A DNA stretch of 33,752 nt from Octopus bimaculoides (Eukaryota). The notes beneath the pieces are model-generated. The model was not told the origin of the DNA. It saw only the letters and a program-made list of their open reading frames with translations, and did no database searches. The DNA lies in NCBI RefSeq assembly GCF_001194135.2, contig NC_068995.1:30444902-30478653 (forward strand). Reading direction: 5' to 3'. The translations under genes and the position numbers were made by a program. Position 1 is the first letter of the stretch; the number at the start of each line of letters is the position of its first letter. This document shows positions 1 to 11,899 of this stretch, piece after piece.

Positions 1-77
1 AAGAAGAAGAAGAAGAAGAAGAAGAAGAAGAAGAAGAAGAAGAAGAAGAAGAAGAAGAAGAAGAAGAAGAAGAAGAA
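1..77 (+). repeat. (AAG)n microsatellite, runs off the window start
   Basis: Perfect AAG repeat read directly. Confidence 0.99.
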
Positions 78-285
78 TATTCGACTGGCTGTTGTGCGGT
101 AAAGCAAACCTCGAGAGAGCAGAACAGCGGTATGAACACAAGCCAGAAGAAGTATTGGAAAACGAACATTACAAAATACCCTGGGATTTTAACATACAGT
201 GCGACCAAGTCATAGAGGCGAGATGGCCAGATATCGTGATTATCCATAAAAATGAAAAAGAAGCAAAGATAATAGATATTAACAA
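78..285 (+). mobile_element. R4/Dong-like non-LTR retrotransposon fragment (restriction-like endonuclease region)
   Basis: Translation YEHKPEEVLENEHYKIPWDFNIQCDQVIEARWPDIVII..IID matches the W-D-F-x-I-Q-x-D..PD..D motif of REL-encoding R4-clade elements. Truncated at both ends. Confidence 0.8.
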
Positions 286-596
286 AAACAAACAAAAATA
301 ATAACCGAACACAGAAACGAAACGAAACAAAATGCATACAAAATTATAACTGTTCTCTTGGACTGAGAATTGAAGTTCAAGGTAATTAGAAAGAACATGT
401 ATAAACATAGTTATTTACCGTTCCAGATGTGTATGAGACTAATTTCTTTGACGATTTACCATTATTGATTTCTAACAGTTAAACCAGACTACACACATAC
501 TAGTGGACAGAACAGTGAAAGAATTATCGATTATTTCTCAGTATCTTTTTTGCTTCAGTTGATTTTTTTTAATGGTTAGCAGGCTCAGAGAGCTTG

Positions 597-597
<1 letters not shown>

Positions 598-667
<70 letters not shown>

Positions 668-686
668 CATTATTATTATTATTATT
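598..686 (+). repeat. (TTA)n microsatellite; tail/target of the adjacent minus-strand retroelement
   Basis: Near-perfect TTA repeat abutting the 3' end of the element at 688. Confidence 0.97.
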
Positions 687-687
687 T

Positions 688-1167
688 TATGTTTGACTTT
701 TGTTTTGCATTTGTAAAAGTTGGATCCAAGTCTCACCCAGNNNNNNNNNNNNNNNNNNNNNNNNNNNNNNNNNNNNNNNNNNNNNNNNNNNNNNNNNNNN
801 NNNNNNNNNNNNNNNNNNNNNNNNNNNNNNNNNNNNNNNNNNNNNNNNNNNNNNNNNNNNNNNNNNNNNNNNNNNNNNNNNNNNNNNNNNNNNNNNNNNN
901 NNNNNNNNNNNNNNNNNNNNNNNNNNNNNNNNNNNNTGAATGTTTAAGAAACCATAAGAAAATTATGTGTTTGCTTTAAAATTTGAGATCACATAGACAG
1001 TATTTTACGTAGGATATGGGCAGTTCCCATGAGCACTATCTTTTGAACTTCAGCCATTTTGGGGTTTCCTGGTATCTGAGCTAGGTAGTAATCAGCCCGT
1101 TTCGCTGTCATTCCCAGGGCACCTATGACAATAGGTATTGTTTTCGTCTTCAGATTCCACATTTTGC
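688..1167 (-). mobile_element. R4/Dong-like element, family A copy 1: ORF C-terminus plus 3' UTR, 5'-truncated (spans gap 741-936)
   Basis: SKMWNLKTKTIPIVIGALG...VQKIVLMGTAHILRKILSM* is a REL C-terminus. The 3'-end motif CCAAGTCTCACCCAG is shared with copies near 1260 and 2420. (TAA)n lies on both sides. Confidence 0.85.
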
Positions 1168-1228
<61 letters not shown>

Positions 1229-1233
1229 CATTA
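1168..1233 (+). repeat. (TTA)n microsatellite
   Basis: Direct reading. Confidence 0.97.
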
Positions 1234-1311
1234 TATGTTTGGATTTTGCAAGTTGACTCCAAGTCTCACCCAGAGACCCCAAGAAACAATAAGTTAGAAG
1301 TTGAAGCTGGT
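1232..1311 (-). mobile_element. R4/Dong-like family A copy 2: extreme 3' UTR only
   Basis: TATATGTTTGG..GTTGACTCCAAGTCTCACCCAGAGA..AGAAGTT aligns with 2381-2470 and 688-740. Confidence 0.8.
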
Positions 1312-1339
1312 GTTATTTTTATTATTATTGTTGTTGTTA

Positions 1340-2366
1340 TACCTTCACTTGCATAGTGATGATCTTGTTAACACTGAATAGTTAAATTGACTTCCTATCA
1401 TTTTGAGTAACTTCAAATAGACAGCACATTGCTCAAGACATTTATTGTTTTCAAAAGTGTTGTTTTTTGTACTGTCGTAATGTTGGAACAAATTACATTT
1501 GTGTCAAAATGTTTCTGACGGCTTTTTGTCACCGACCCAAATGCTCCAATCACAAATGGTACCACTCTTGCTTTCATATTCCAGATTATCTCGGCATCTA
1601 TTCTCAAGTCTGCACATTTTACGATTTTCTCGTTTTCTTTACCAACATTGTAATGATCACCTGGGTAAGCTACATCGATCAGCACCTCCTTGCAAACTTT
1701 TATTCACCAATGCTATGTCTTGCATTGTATGTACAACAATTTTAGTTGTCTGGATTGTAAATTCCCACAAGCGTTTTTCAGTCTGACTTTCTAGGACCTT
1801 CCCTGGATTGTGCTGATTTCTCAATGGATGGAAACCTATATTTCTTGCATATAGACAAGTGGAGGTCAAAGTACACTTTATTATGACGCCTTTTATATTG
1901 TCCCTGTGCAAGCATTCATCGGCAGTCACGATGTGTGCTACACTTTACACTTTCTTACACCATAACCTACACTTACTTATTTCATCTGGATCATACATAT
2001 TCCTTATCAAGTTTGTGTTTAGTGCTTGATTTTGAGCAACCACCAACAAGCTTTCCGCTTCTCTCTTAAGATCGCCTTTTATCAACCAATTTCATGAGGA
2101 TTCTACTTCTACTTCCTTTGTTTGTTTTTCGAATTGACCATTTAATTCCACAGCCTCTCTAGTACTTAATTTCTCAGCTAGCAACCTCAGTTTGTAATTT
2201 TTTTTTAAATTTCGTTAGTCTCAATTCACAAGCATTGGCATCATACCTTTAAGATTCTTCCCTACTAATGGTCAAATCCAACTATAATACCTGCATTCAC
2301 TAACTACATAACCTTTCACACCTATAAGTCCACGTCTTCCTCCGTACTGCCTTATAACATTTTCCA
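1340..2366 (-). mobile_element. R4/Dong-like element, family B: decayed RT thumb, CCHC knuckle and REL endonuclease
   Basis: Minus-strand motifs RRGLIG, NGQFEK..WLIKGDLKREAESLLVVAQNQAL, KCRL..HIVT..C, LWEFTIQT, IDVAYPGD, VVPFVIGAFG, ending KTINVLSNVLSI*. Several stops and frameshifts. Confidence 0.85.
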
Positions 2367-2380
2367 GTTGTTGTTGTTGT

Positions 2381-3583
2381 TATATGTTTGGCTTTTGTTT
2401 TGTATTTATGCAGGTTGACTCCAAGTCTCACCCAGAGATCTCAAGAGACAACAATTTAGAAGTTCAAGACTAGGGTGCCATATTTTTGGTTTTGTACAGA
2501 GAATGTCAGAAAATTAAAAGTCTGCTTTAAAAGTAATTTCGTGATAAGATGATTGTGTGTTCTTAAGATGACAGTAAAAGGTTTTTGCTGTTATTTACAT
2601 TTAAAGTACTTTTGATAATGTTTACAGATTAAAATGTTTTTGGAATTACATAGACAATATTTTTCGTAAGATGTGAGCAGTTCCCATGAGCACTATTTTT
2701 CTAATTTCTTCCATTTTGGGATTCCCTGGTATTTGAGATAGGTAACAATCATCTTCTTTTGCTACTATTCCTAGGTCATCTATGAGAACAGGCTTTGTTC
2801 TAATCTTGAGGTTCCACGATTTGCCAATTTCTATTTCAAAATCTTTATATTTGCTCAGTTTTTGGTAGGTCTTGACAGATACATATATGTCGATTGAAAT
2901 AATCATCAATGAGGAGGCTTAATTTTTGACTGAAATCCTTCAACATAATGTCTGGCCTATTTGCATCTATCTTTCTGTCAGTTTGAACAGCAAAGTTCCA
3001 AAGGAGTGAGATGTAATCATTTTAAAGCACTGGAGGTGGTTTGTGCCTCCACCAGTTTTTATCATGGGACAGGTCTAGGTCCTTGCAGATTATCCAGTGA
3101 ATATACTGTGCCGTTTTATCATGCTAGTTGAGATACTCTGTAGGTGCAAGAAGGCTGCACATGGAGACAATATGATCGATGGTTTTAGCCTGTTGTTTAC
3201 ATACATGACATGTTGGTCTACTGCCATTCTTTAAGATATTGGCCTTGTAGCTTCTTGTTGGTAGGCATTGATCGTAGGCTGCTATGATAAACCCTTCTGT
3301 CTCTGATTTTAAGCCAAAAGACGCTAACCATTGGTAGGTAAGGGCTTTGTCAACATTAGCATTATCAGTTCACTGGATATTTTCCATTGAGAGGTTTTTC
3401 TTGCCATTTATTAGTGAGAATATTTAAGGCAGCAGTTTTAACAAGGGTTTTCATATGTTTAGTTTTTTCTGTGCTTGTTTCCAGTACATCTAATTCAGGG
3501 GCTTGTTTTATTTGGAATTCATTTAGATATTTCCTTTCCAGTTTTGATACTGTGTATGAAGTTTTTCATGTTTTCGTGCTTTA
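2381..3583 (-). mobile_element. R4/Dong-like family A copy 3: 3' ~1.2 kb, decayed
   Basis: ORF 2646-2909 ends IPGNPKMEEIRKIVLMGTAHILRKILSM*, nearly the same as copy 1. Upstream HKPPPVL and QTDRKIDANRPD motifs are present, and the 3' UTR is shared. Confidence 0.85.
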
Positions 3584-3584
3584 T

Positions 3585-4177
3585 CATTATTATTGTTCTA
3601 TTTAACTCAGGTTTTGTTGGAACGCCTGAAGTTTTGCATGCGCGACAGGCTTGCTGCCTGCAACCTACGGTACCATGCTATCCATTCTGTTCAACTATCA
3701 AGTACTTTCCTGATTATTCTGGCCGTTCCAGAGAGGCAAACCTTTTGTAACCGTTCTACTGGGCACTCTATTCCGATTTCCTTTATATTCATCTTAATGA
3801 CTGCTGATACTGTCCGCAAGTAGACAACAATAATTGGCACTATCTTCACCTTTATTTTTCATAGCCTTTATTTTTCATATTTCTTACTTAAGAGGATTGT
3901 ATATATGTATATATATANNNNNNNNNNNNNNNNNNNNNNNNNNNNNNNNNNNNNNNNNNNNNNNNNNNNNNNNNNNNNNNNNNNNNNNNNNNNNNNNNNN
4001 NNNNNNNNNNNNNNNNNNNNNNNNNNNNNNNNNNNNNNNNNATATATATATATATATATATATATACATGTGTGTGCCTTCCTTCTTGACTATTCGTGGG
4101 TCAAAGGGGCACACAACATCAATTATATACCACATATGGTGCATCTTGTCCTCCACCACTAAGTCTATTATTATCAC
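3585..4177 (-). mobile_element. R4/Dong-like family C 3' fragment interrupted by (TA)n and a gap
   Basis: YIIDVVCPFDPRIVKKE (4070-4130), then KIVPIIV..LRTVS..KEIGIECPVERLQKVCLSGTARIIRKVLDS* (~3690-3830), then a ~100-bp 3' UTR ending in AATAATAATGATAA. Confidence 0.8.
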
Positions 4178-4596
4178 TGTTGTTGTTGTTGTTTTTGTTG
4201 CTGTTGTTATTCATATCGACAAGACACTCGTCGTATCTTTTTCATATGTTCAGAAGTTTTTAATTGTTGACATTTTGTGGCTAAGATTTGTTAAGTCAAC
4301 CAGGACCCCACAAAGCTAATTCGTTATTTTGTTTCTTTCTCCTTTGAGGCGTAAATTTATAGAAAATAATCGAATTTCTTTTCAATATTTAAAAATATAT
4401 ATATATAGTATTTGCTTTCACAACCAGTGAATTAGAGGGATCGTTAGTGGGTAACTCTAAAAGACAGGTGCAACATATGTTAAGGTTCCTCTCTCTTACT
4501 ATACTGAAAGAAGAGGAAGACACTCCCCCACTGAAAGTCCAAATATCAAAATGATACAACACTACTTCCCCGGTGAACAACAATAAGAGAAATAAC

Positions 4597-4631
4597 AACT
4601 ACCACTACTACTACTATTACTACTACTACTG

Positions 4632-4674
<43 letters not shown>

Positions 4675-4712
4675 CACTACCACTACTACCACTACTACTA
4701 ATACTACTACTA
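4597..4712 (+). repeat. (CTA)n imperfect microsatellite
   Basis: Direct reading. Confidence 0.95.
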
Positions 4713-5005
4713 CAATGACAACACCAAAAAATCAAGCAACACGCGAACACAACAACACCACCATTAACACCGTCACAACTAGTGCCAACAACATCGACAA
4801 GACAGTAAACAACACTTTGAAAGAAACATTACTTTTGCCACCACCACTAACATCACCTTCACTAGTATCATCTCAGCAGGTGCAATTTTTCTCGGCGCGG
4901 AAAAAACGCCAACAATGTCACCACCAACAGTAACAAGGAGACTAACTGTTCAATATGAACTGAGAGCACTGGCAACAACGTGTACCACCAGGCAACTGCA
5001 TAAGG

Positions 5006-5072
5006 TATTTCTTATTTCTTTGTTGCCCACAAGGGGCTAAACATAGAGGGGACAAACAAGGACAGACAAAGG
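5006..5072 (-). mobile_element. SINE 3' tail fragment
   Basis: TATTTCTTTGTTGCCCACAAGGGGCTAAACATAGAGGGGACAAACAAGGACAGACAAAGG is a tail I recognise from an abundant octopus SINE. Recall only. Confidence 0.6.
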
Positions 5073-5075
5073 AAA

Positions 5076-5445
5076 TCTGCCTCCTAGAAAATTTGTTGAA
5101 GGGTGAATGAGAGTGGCAAGCTGGGTCTCATTAAATGGGCTACCCTGAGCATTCGTCTGGAGGCTGAGGGATTACAATAGGGAGACGGCACTTACTCTAA
5201 CGGTAAGAGTGACTGTGCTTTTTGTGAGATTTCCACAGGCACAGGTAATCCTCGGAGTCCACTCCACTTTTGAGGAATTTACCTTGCTTAAGATGTAACT
5301 GTTACCGAGTTGCTTTTAGTGTGTTTATTAAGTCTTGGTGCACATTTCAAACCAGTGTTTTTCTGTTTTGTAACCTATCATTTCGTACATTTAAGGTTGT
5401 GGCCAATAAAGAAATCATCATCATCATCATCATCATTATTATCAT
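5076..5445 (+). mobile_element. LINE 3' end (Tx1/L1-like): ORF2 C-terminus, 3' UTR, AATAAA and (CAT)n tail
   Basis: LPPRKFVEG*MRVAS..LNG resembles the C-terminal peptide at 11690-11790. Ends AATAAAGAAATCATCATC. Confidence 0.55.
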
Positions 5446-5779
5446 TAAAGAAGTTAGGCGGTATGAGGATATGAGATGTGCTATTTTGGGTAGTTATCAG
5501 ATGTTCACAATGATTGCAGAGACAGTAATGGCTAGGGAAAGCCTAGTCTTGAACTGAGAAAGAGATTACAGTATTTAAGGTGCCCGTTTGTCTATCACGG
5601 ATACAGATAGTTATGTATAATAACTTGTGCTGACAGTTCTGAACGACAAATGATTTGTTAGCCTTTCATTTCTAAGTATCAGTGGGGAAAAGTACAAGGA
5701 TCCGCCGAAGTTGTTTATTGATGTCACGCACGAGAATGACTTCAGAGAGTGATGGGGTGAGATACATTCTTCAATGCAG

Positions 5780-7340
5780 AACATAAAATAGTCAAGTGAT
5801 TTACTCGTATGTTTTTTCATTAGCTCCTCGATCGGGCAACAGTCAAAGGAGTTACAGCCATGCCTATTCCGTATGGTTCCTTGTGGCACTTGTTTCCATT
5901 CGTTATTAAAATGTTTGCAATTGAACTTTGCTGTCTTATAGGAATTTTTGCAATGAAAATGGTTAAAACTTTATCTAAAAACTAAAAATCTTCAAACAAA
6001 TTTTTAGTTGTTAGAATATCATGATGTTTTCGCATCCTACTCTCATCCTTTTTATCTTCTTCGGCACGGTGTTGTTCCATCTCTGTACTGACACTTCCCT
6101 ACATGTTTCTCTATTATGCGATTCCTGTAACCTCACTGTATCATCTTCATATCATTTTCATTTATGCTATTAAATCAAACCCATATATGCAAGCGTAACA
6201 ATGTTCCGATGAACATTTTGCATTCCACAAAACTTGCAAAGCCTACAATGGAGTCTTGGTAGATCTTGCTTCAGATAAATTTATTGAGCTGTTTTTGTTT
6301 TTGTTTTTGTTTTTCCCTAAATTTCATCAGCGTTCATCGTATGATAGTCACACCAAAATTCGCAAGTTTCACAATCTTCCAACTTAAAGTACGTCCTACA
6401 TTGTAAGCTTTGAATATAGCAATAACCTCCTTGTCTCTAGTTTAAATCAAGCTGATTGAAAGCAAGAAGGTTATTTGAACCATTGTCAGGTCGTTTAGGT
6501 TACGTGGGAAAGCTGGAACATTGATCATAAAATGCATGGTTTTCTTTCCAAATTTCTTTCGACAGTATTCTTTTCAGAGCAGAAACACTAAATAAACAAA
6601 TCTTGGAACATTGTCCTAGTAATCCACCTCTTTTATTTTATCGTTATTAATTTATAGTAAACTTTCGTAGCTGGTGTCACAGAAGGATAAAACAGGCATT
6701 GATTTGAGATTTACCACTAAGGAGAAACGTCGTACAATCTTTGGAAGCCTTGAAACCTGGCACAGACTTTTCTTCTTTGAAAGTATAAATTCATTTTGGC
6801 ATTCGTTTCCAAAATAAGTTTGTCTCATGCACATTAAAAATTTGCTGTGATATGGGAAAGCAATTACAGTTTCTTTGACGCCACTTGCACTCTCTCCTGC
6901 AATCAGTATGTTATAAAAAAAATTGACTGGTTTCTGAAACATTCAAACCAACCATGACTTGCAGTAATGTTTTTAGGAATACAACCTTGTTTCCATTTCT
7001 GTAAGTCATTAAATAAACTTAAAGCATTCACTTGCATGGCGAGTGATGAACAGGAAGAGTTACACCGATGCATGTCTTCCATTCATATGTTTAAAATACC
7101 ATATATTCCATTGGACTTGTCCTATTCTCACTTAGTTTATAGCAGCTAAATGTGTTACACTTTGAGCACAAGCTTGGATTTTTTCAACATTTCTGCAAAA
7201 CGTTTGAATATTTGTTACTTATAGACCCGAGAGATTTTCCAATATCTACAGCTCGTTATGTATCGTTGAATCTCTATAACATTTCGAATTTAGTTTCTTA
7301 CGTTAATCTTTTTCTCTGCTTTTGTATCCACAGACAGTAG
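5780..7340 (-). mobile_element. Tigger/pogo DNA transposon, decayed transposase (HTH-CENPB plus DDE)
   Basis: Collinear motifs across frames: WMEDMH, ASHGWFECF, GESAS, NVHETNLFWKRMP..KEEKSVPGFKASKD, WITRTMFQD, MINVPAFP (cf. MDNAPAHP), DKEVIAIFKAY, LTTKNLFEDF. TIRs not identified, so the ends are approximate. Confidence 0.85.
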
Positions 7341-8489
7341 CAGTGCACAGTGCACGTTTAAACAGCATTACGTCAGGAATAAATCAAGGAAATACTTGCA
7401 TAGCAAAAAGTGTATGAAGCACATTTTATCACCACTCGGTTAACCCAAGCAATAATATCAACTGTCGAGTTTTGTACGTATTCAAAAATGTATTTGTCCC
7501 AATTTATAATAATTTCCGTTTAATACCATGGCCTTTTGGCCAGCAGAAAAATAATTTGTTTATGGACAACTAAAACAGAAAATACTTTGCACTCGATACA
7601 TCGAAGGAAGTACAGTTACGAGAATTTTTAATGGATTAATAAAGATCTAACAGACCCTGTTTAAGAAGTTTTTATCTTTTAAACATCCTTTCATTCTTTA
7701 CTTTTCATTTTTTTATATATTTTAAATAAGATTGTATGCTAAAGGACTTATATCTCCATGATGTAGACAATAGACATATGAAGATTGTGCTTAGCTGACG
7801 ATCGTGAAATAAAAGAAGTCGAATGATTAATATCGTTATTCATCATTTTTATTTTATTATTTTATAGAACTGAAAAACGTGACAAGTTACAAGAGAAAAA
7901 TTAAACAAAGGAAAAAATCAAACAAAAATTCAGTATGAGAGGCGTATATATAGTTTAGGAATTTTATTTCCTAGTATTTGCTTTAATTTTATTTTTCATC
8001 AACGAAATAATGGTAGGTGAAAACTGCCTACGAGTTTGCTTACACATTAACACTTGTTAGCACGCCCACCATGAGAAATATAAGATTTACATTCAGCTTC
8101 TTGATTCACTGAAACTCACGATTTCTTACGACACTCAATATTTCCACGTGGCACATTGGATGCTTTTAACTGAGTCCTCTTTATTGCAAGCATTCGGATC
8201 GGGTCTCCACTTCCTTGCCCCAACCAGTCTCAGAGACCTTGTAAAGGAAAATGGGCGCCCTGCCTTTCCTCCTTTTCTCCATCAAAAGATTTTGTTTTTA
8301 AAAAAAGCAGCAAATATCTACTTTTATATTACCTTTTCTTTAATATTTAATTCATATTGCAACAATTTCTGATAACGACGCTAATTTCTGTTTCCAATTC
8401 TTAAAGATTAAATTGCAAATAGCTTTGCAATGGATGATATTCAACGTATTCGTACATACGCTCACACACATGCACACATACGTATGCAC

Positions 8490-8536
8490 ACACACATACG
8501 TATTTATGTATGTATGTATGTATGTATGTATGTGTG

Positions 8537-8571
<35 letters not shown>

Positions 8572-8735
8572 ATGCACGTACATATGTGTGTGTGCATGTG
8601 TCTGTAGGGATATATGTATTTATGTATATGCACATAGACATTTATGGATATATATTTATATATACATTGGTATCTATATGTATTTATGTACATATATGTG
8701 TGTCTCTGTGTATATGTGAGAGAGAGAGAGAGAGA
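8490..8735 (+). repeat. Compound (TATG)n/(TG)n/(GA)n microsatellite
   Basis: Direct reading. Confidence 0.93.
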
Positions 8736-9106
8736 GTGTTCATGTTTGTACGCGCGTGCGTATATGCATACATATAGTATAATGCAAAAAACTTCTCGTT
8801 ATGTATATAATGAGGCTTTCACCCAGAGAAGATTAGGCAAAATTTGCCAATCTGTCAATATATAATTAAAAGAAATTGTTAGGATAAATTTCAACCAGTG
8901 ATTCTTCTAAGTAATCTGACAGAAGCGTAAATGGTAATTCTGTTCACTAATTCAGATTAGCAAGATATATAGGCTTTCTACAATTAACGGGCATTTACTT
9001 GTTTCCTGTTATTTCCTATTACGAGTAATTTTCTTCACCTACTGCCTAAATATGCTCATATAAGCGAATATGGGCACCTATACATATACATATGCATCCA
9101 TCCATC

Positions 9107-9137
<31 letters not shown>

Positions 9138-9610
9138 TTTACATATATATTTCAGGCATATTCGTGGGTATCTGAACATATATATGATTTGGTGGATGTA
9201 TGGATGTGTCGGAATGTATATTTACGTAGATGTGTATATGTATATATATNNNNNNNNNNNNNNNNNNNNNNNNNNNNNNNNNNNNNNNNNNNNNNNNNNN
9301 NNNNNNNNNNNNNNNNNNNNNNNNNNNNNNNNNNNNNNNNNNNNNNNNNNNNNNNNNNNNNNNNNNNNNNNNNNATATATACACAAATTTCAGGATTAAA
9401 TAAAATACATAGGGTGTGTGTGTGTGTGTGTGTGTGCGTGCGCGCGTGTGAAAGCATTTATAAGTGAAGATATAATTCTTCAGCTGGAAAATTTGACCAC
9501 ATACATATATGGGCCTTGGAAAATCATCTCCAAAAACTTTATCCATTTATATGCTGAATGTTTCTTTATTTGATTGTTTTGGTGATTTTCTTTTAATGCT
9601 CTTCATTTAT

Positions 9611-9934
9611 CTTTTACTTGTTTCAGCCATTAGACTGCAGCCATGCTGGGGCACCGCCTTGTAGAATTTTTCTTAAGCTTGTTCTATCGGTCGCTTTTGC
9701 CGAACTGCTAATTTACGGGGACGTAAACAGGCAAACGCTGGTTGTTGAGCGATGGTGGGGGACAAACACAGGCACAAAGACACACACATTCATATATATA
9801 ATGACGGCGTCCTTTCAGTTTCTGTCTACCAAATCCACTCACAAGGTTTTGGTAAGACACTTATCCAAGGTGCCAAACAGGGAGATTGAACCCGGAATCA
9901 TGTGATTGGGAAGCAAGCTTGTTACCATACAGCT
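9611..9934 (-). mobile_element. tRNA-derived SINE, family 1 (with internal CA/TA tract), with internal deletions
   Basis: Aligns along its length with 21931-22349. B-box-like GGGTTCAATCTCC on the minus strand; tail CTGAAACAAGTAAAAG. Confidence 0.85.
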
Positions 9935-9948
9935 AGGCTTGCACCTAT

Positions 9949-9949
9949 T

Positions 9950-9998
<49 letters not shown>

Positions 9999-10095
9999 GA
10001 GAGAGAGAAGGGAGAGAAATAGAGGGAGAGAGAGAGATACATACATACATGCATACAACCATGTTTGCAACCATACATACATACATACATACATA
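9949..10095 (+). repeat. (GATA)n/(GA)n/(CATA)n compound microsatellite
   Basis: Direct reading. Confidence 0.93.
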
Positions 10096-10281
10096 TGTAC
10101 ATGTCTGTACACACACGTAAACGCAAATACATATATTGTCATTTTAGCAGCATTTGTTAATTCAAAAGATGAAAAGTTTGCACTACAACAAGAGCAACAA
10201 TAACAACAAAGAAAAATAACTGCAATAAATATAATGACAGCAACAGCAACCACAATAAAAGTGTGTGGTCCGGGAACGTTT

Positions 10282-10365
10282 GTGATAATGATGATGACGA
10301 CGATGACGACGATGACGACGATGATGATGATGATAATGATGTGTTATACTAGTAGTAGTAGTAGC

Positions 10366-10436
<71 letters not shown>
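10282..10436 (+). repeat. (GAT/GAC)n followed by (AGT)n
   Basis: Direct reading. Confidence 0.95.
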
Positions 10437-10579
10437 GCATGAATGAAGAAGATAAGGAAGTTTTCAGTGAATTATCTTTTACATTAATGTAAAACGTAAA
10501 GAGAGAGAGAAAAAAAGTCGTTGCTTCATGTTTTTTCTACTCTAAGATTTGTGTAAAGAGTGGGGAAGGAATAATACAC

Positions 10580-10873
10580 ACCCACATGCATATACATATG
10601 TGTGAGTATACGTGTGTGTATACGTGTGTGTACATAAATGGCACAGCAGACATACAGGCATCCATACGCATGTTGGACTGTTGCAATGTTATGCTTGATG
10701 GGCACACACACACACACATACACACATACACACACGTGTTTACATACATACATACATACATACACACATACGCACATGCATGAATGTTTTCGGGCACGTG
10801 TATATGTGTGGTATTGTATCCATATGTTAGTGTATGCGTATGTGCGTGTGCATGTGTAGTGTGTATGAATTTT

Positions 10874-10918
<45 letters not shown>

Positions 10919-10935
10919 ATATTATATATATATAT
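10580..10935 (+). repeat. Degenerate (CA)/(CATA)/(TG)/(TA) field
   Basis: Direct reading. Confidence 0.85.
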
Positions 10936-11217
10936 ACTCTAACGCAAAGAAGAAAAAGTAATGTTAGTCGTCAAGTTATAATATTGGGTGATGTTCGTGT
11001 ATTATTCATGTTCTGTTCAAATGTGTAATGGGCTTATTAAACAAGAAATCAAAACAGAAGGATTTAGGTGGGGCGGCGTGCTGGGTTGTTGTTGTCGTGA
11101 TTAAGGTTATTGTTGTTGTTATTATTGTTGTGTGAGTTGGTTTATTTGTTCTTTAAGTTTTATTTTCATAATGTAATCCATTAAGTATTGCGAATTTATA
11201 TGCATTTCGATATTTGT

Positions 11218-11350
11218 GAAGAAGAAGAAGAAGAAGAAGAAGAAGAAGAAGAAGAAGAAGAAGAAGAAGAAGAAGAAGAAGAAGAAGAAGAAGAAGAAGA
11301 AGAAGAAGAAGAAGAAGAAGAAGAAGAAGAAGAAGAAGAAGAAGAAGAAG
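11218..11350 (+). repeat. Perfect (GAA)n, about 44 units
   Basis: Direct reading. Confidence 0.99.
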
Positions 11351-11441
11351 AGATTACAAAATTTGTTCCATTTCAATTTACTCTGTTATTTCCAAAAGTA
11401 AAAATTTAACTCATTTTTCTAGTTTTCTTTTCATATATTAT

Positions 11442-11800
11442 GATGCCAGAGAAGACGCTCACGGAGCGACAAAACTGTTCTGTAGGCACTCGTTCAATGT
11501 CCGAACATTGTTTATTGATGCAGTTACGTCGCCTTGCAGCCTTATTTTAGCTGGAAAGTACAAGCTATATCTAATGGCTTTGGTAAAAGATGTTTTCTGG
11601 TGGACAGAACTGAAAGACGTGAGGGCAGACAGCAGACAATTCTCCGTTCGGCCAAATTGTCATCAACTTCTTCAAAATTCTTGGAGGAAAAGGTGAGAAT
11701 AGAAAGTAAGAAGCTGCTCCCCAGTACATTTACTGAGAGGTAGATTAGAACAGTGAATGGGCCGACTCTCAACATGGGTTTATAAGTCACCGATGATAGC
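11442..11800 (+). mobile_element. Tx1/L1-like LINE ORF2 C-terminal fragment, decayed
   Basis: RCQ..KTVL*ALVQCP (knuckle-like), LMALVKDVFWWTELK and KVRIESKKLLPSTFTER* across frameshifts. Confidence 0.55.
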
Positions 11801-11899
11801 TAAGCGAAGGCAACACTGGTTGGCTCCAGGGGCCTCTCCTCCTATTAACATGCTTCCCTTCATTTTCGGAGTTTCTTTCTGATTTGCTCTTTGCCTAAA

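Noticed and set aside
4715-4933. Thr/Asn/Pro-rich ORF
   Set aside because: Decayed ACC/AAC repeat continuing from the (CTA)n tract.
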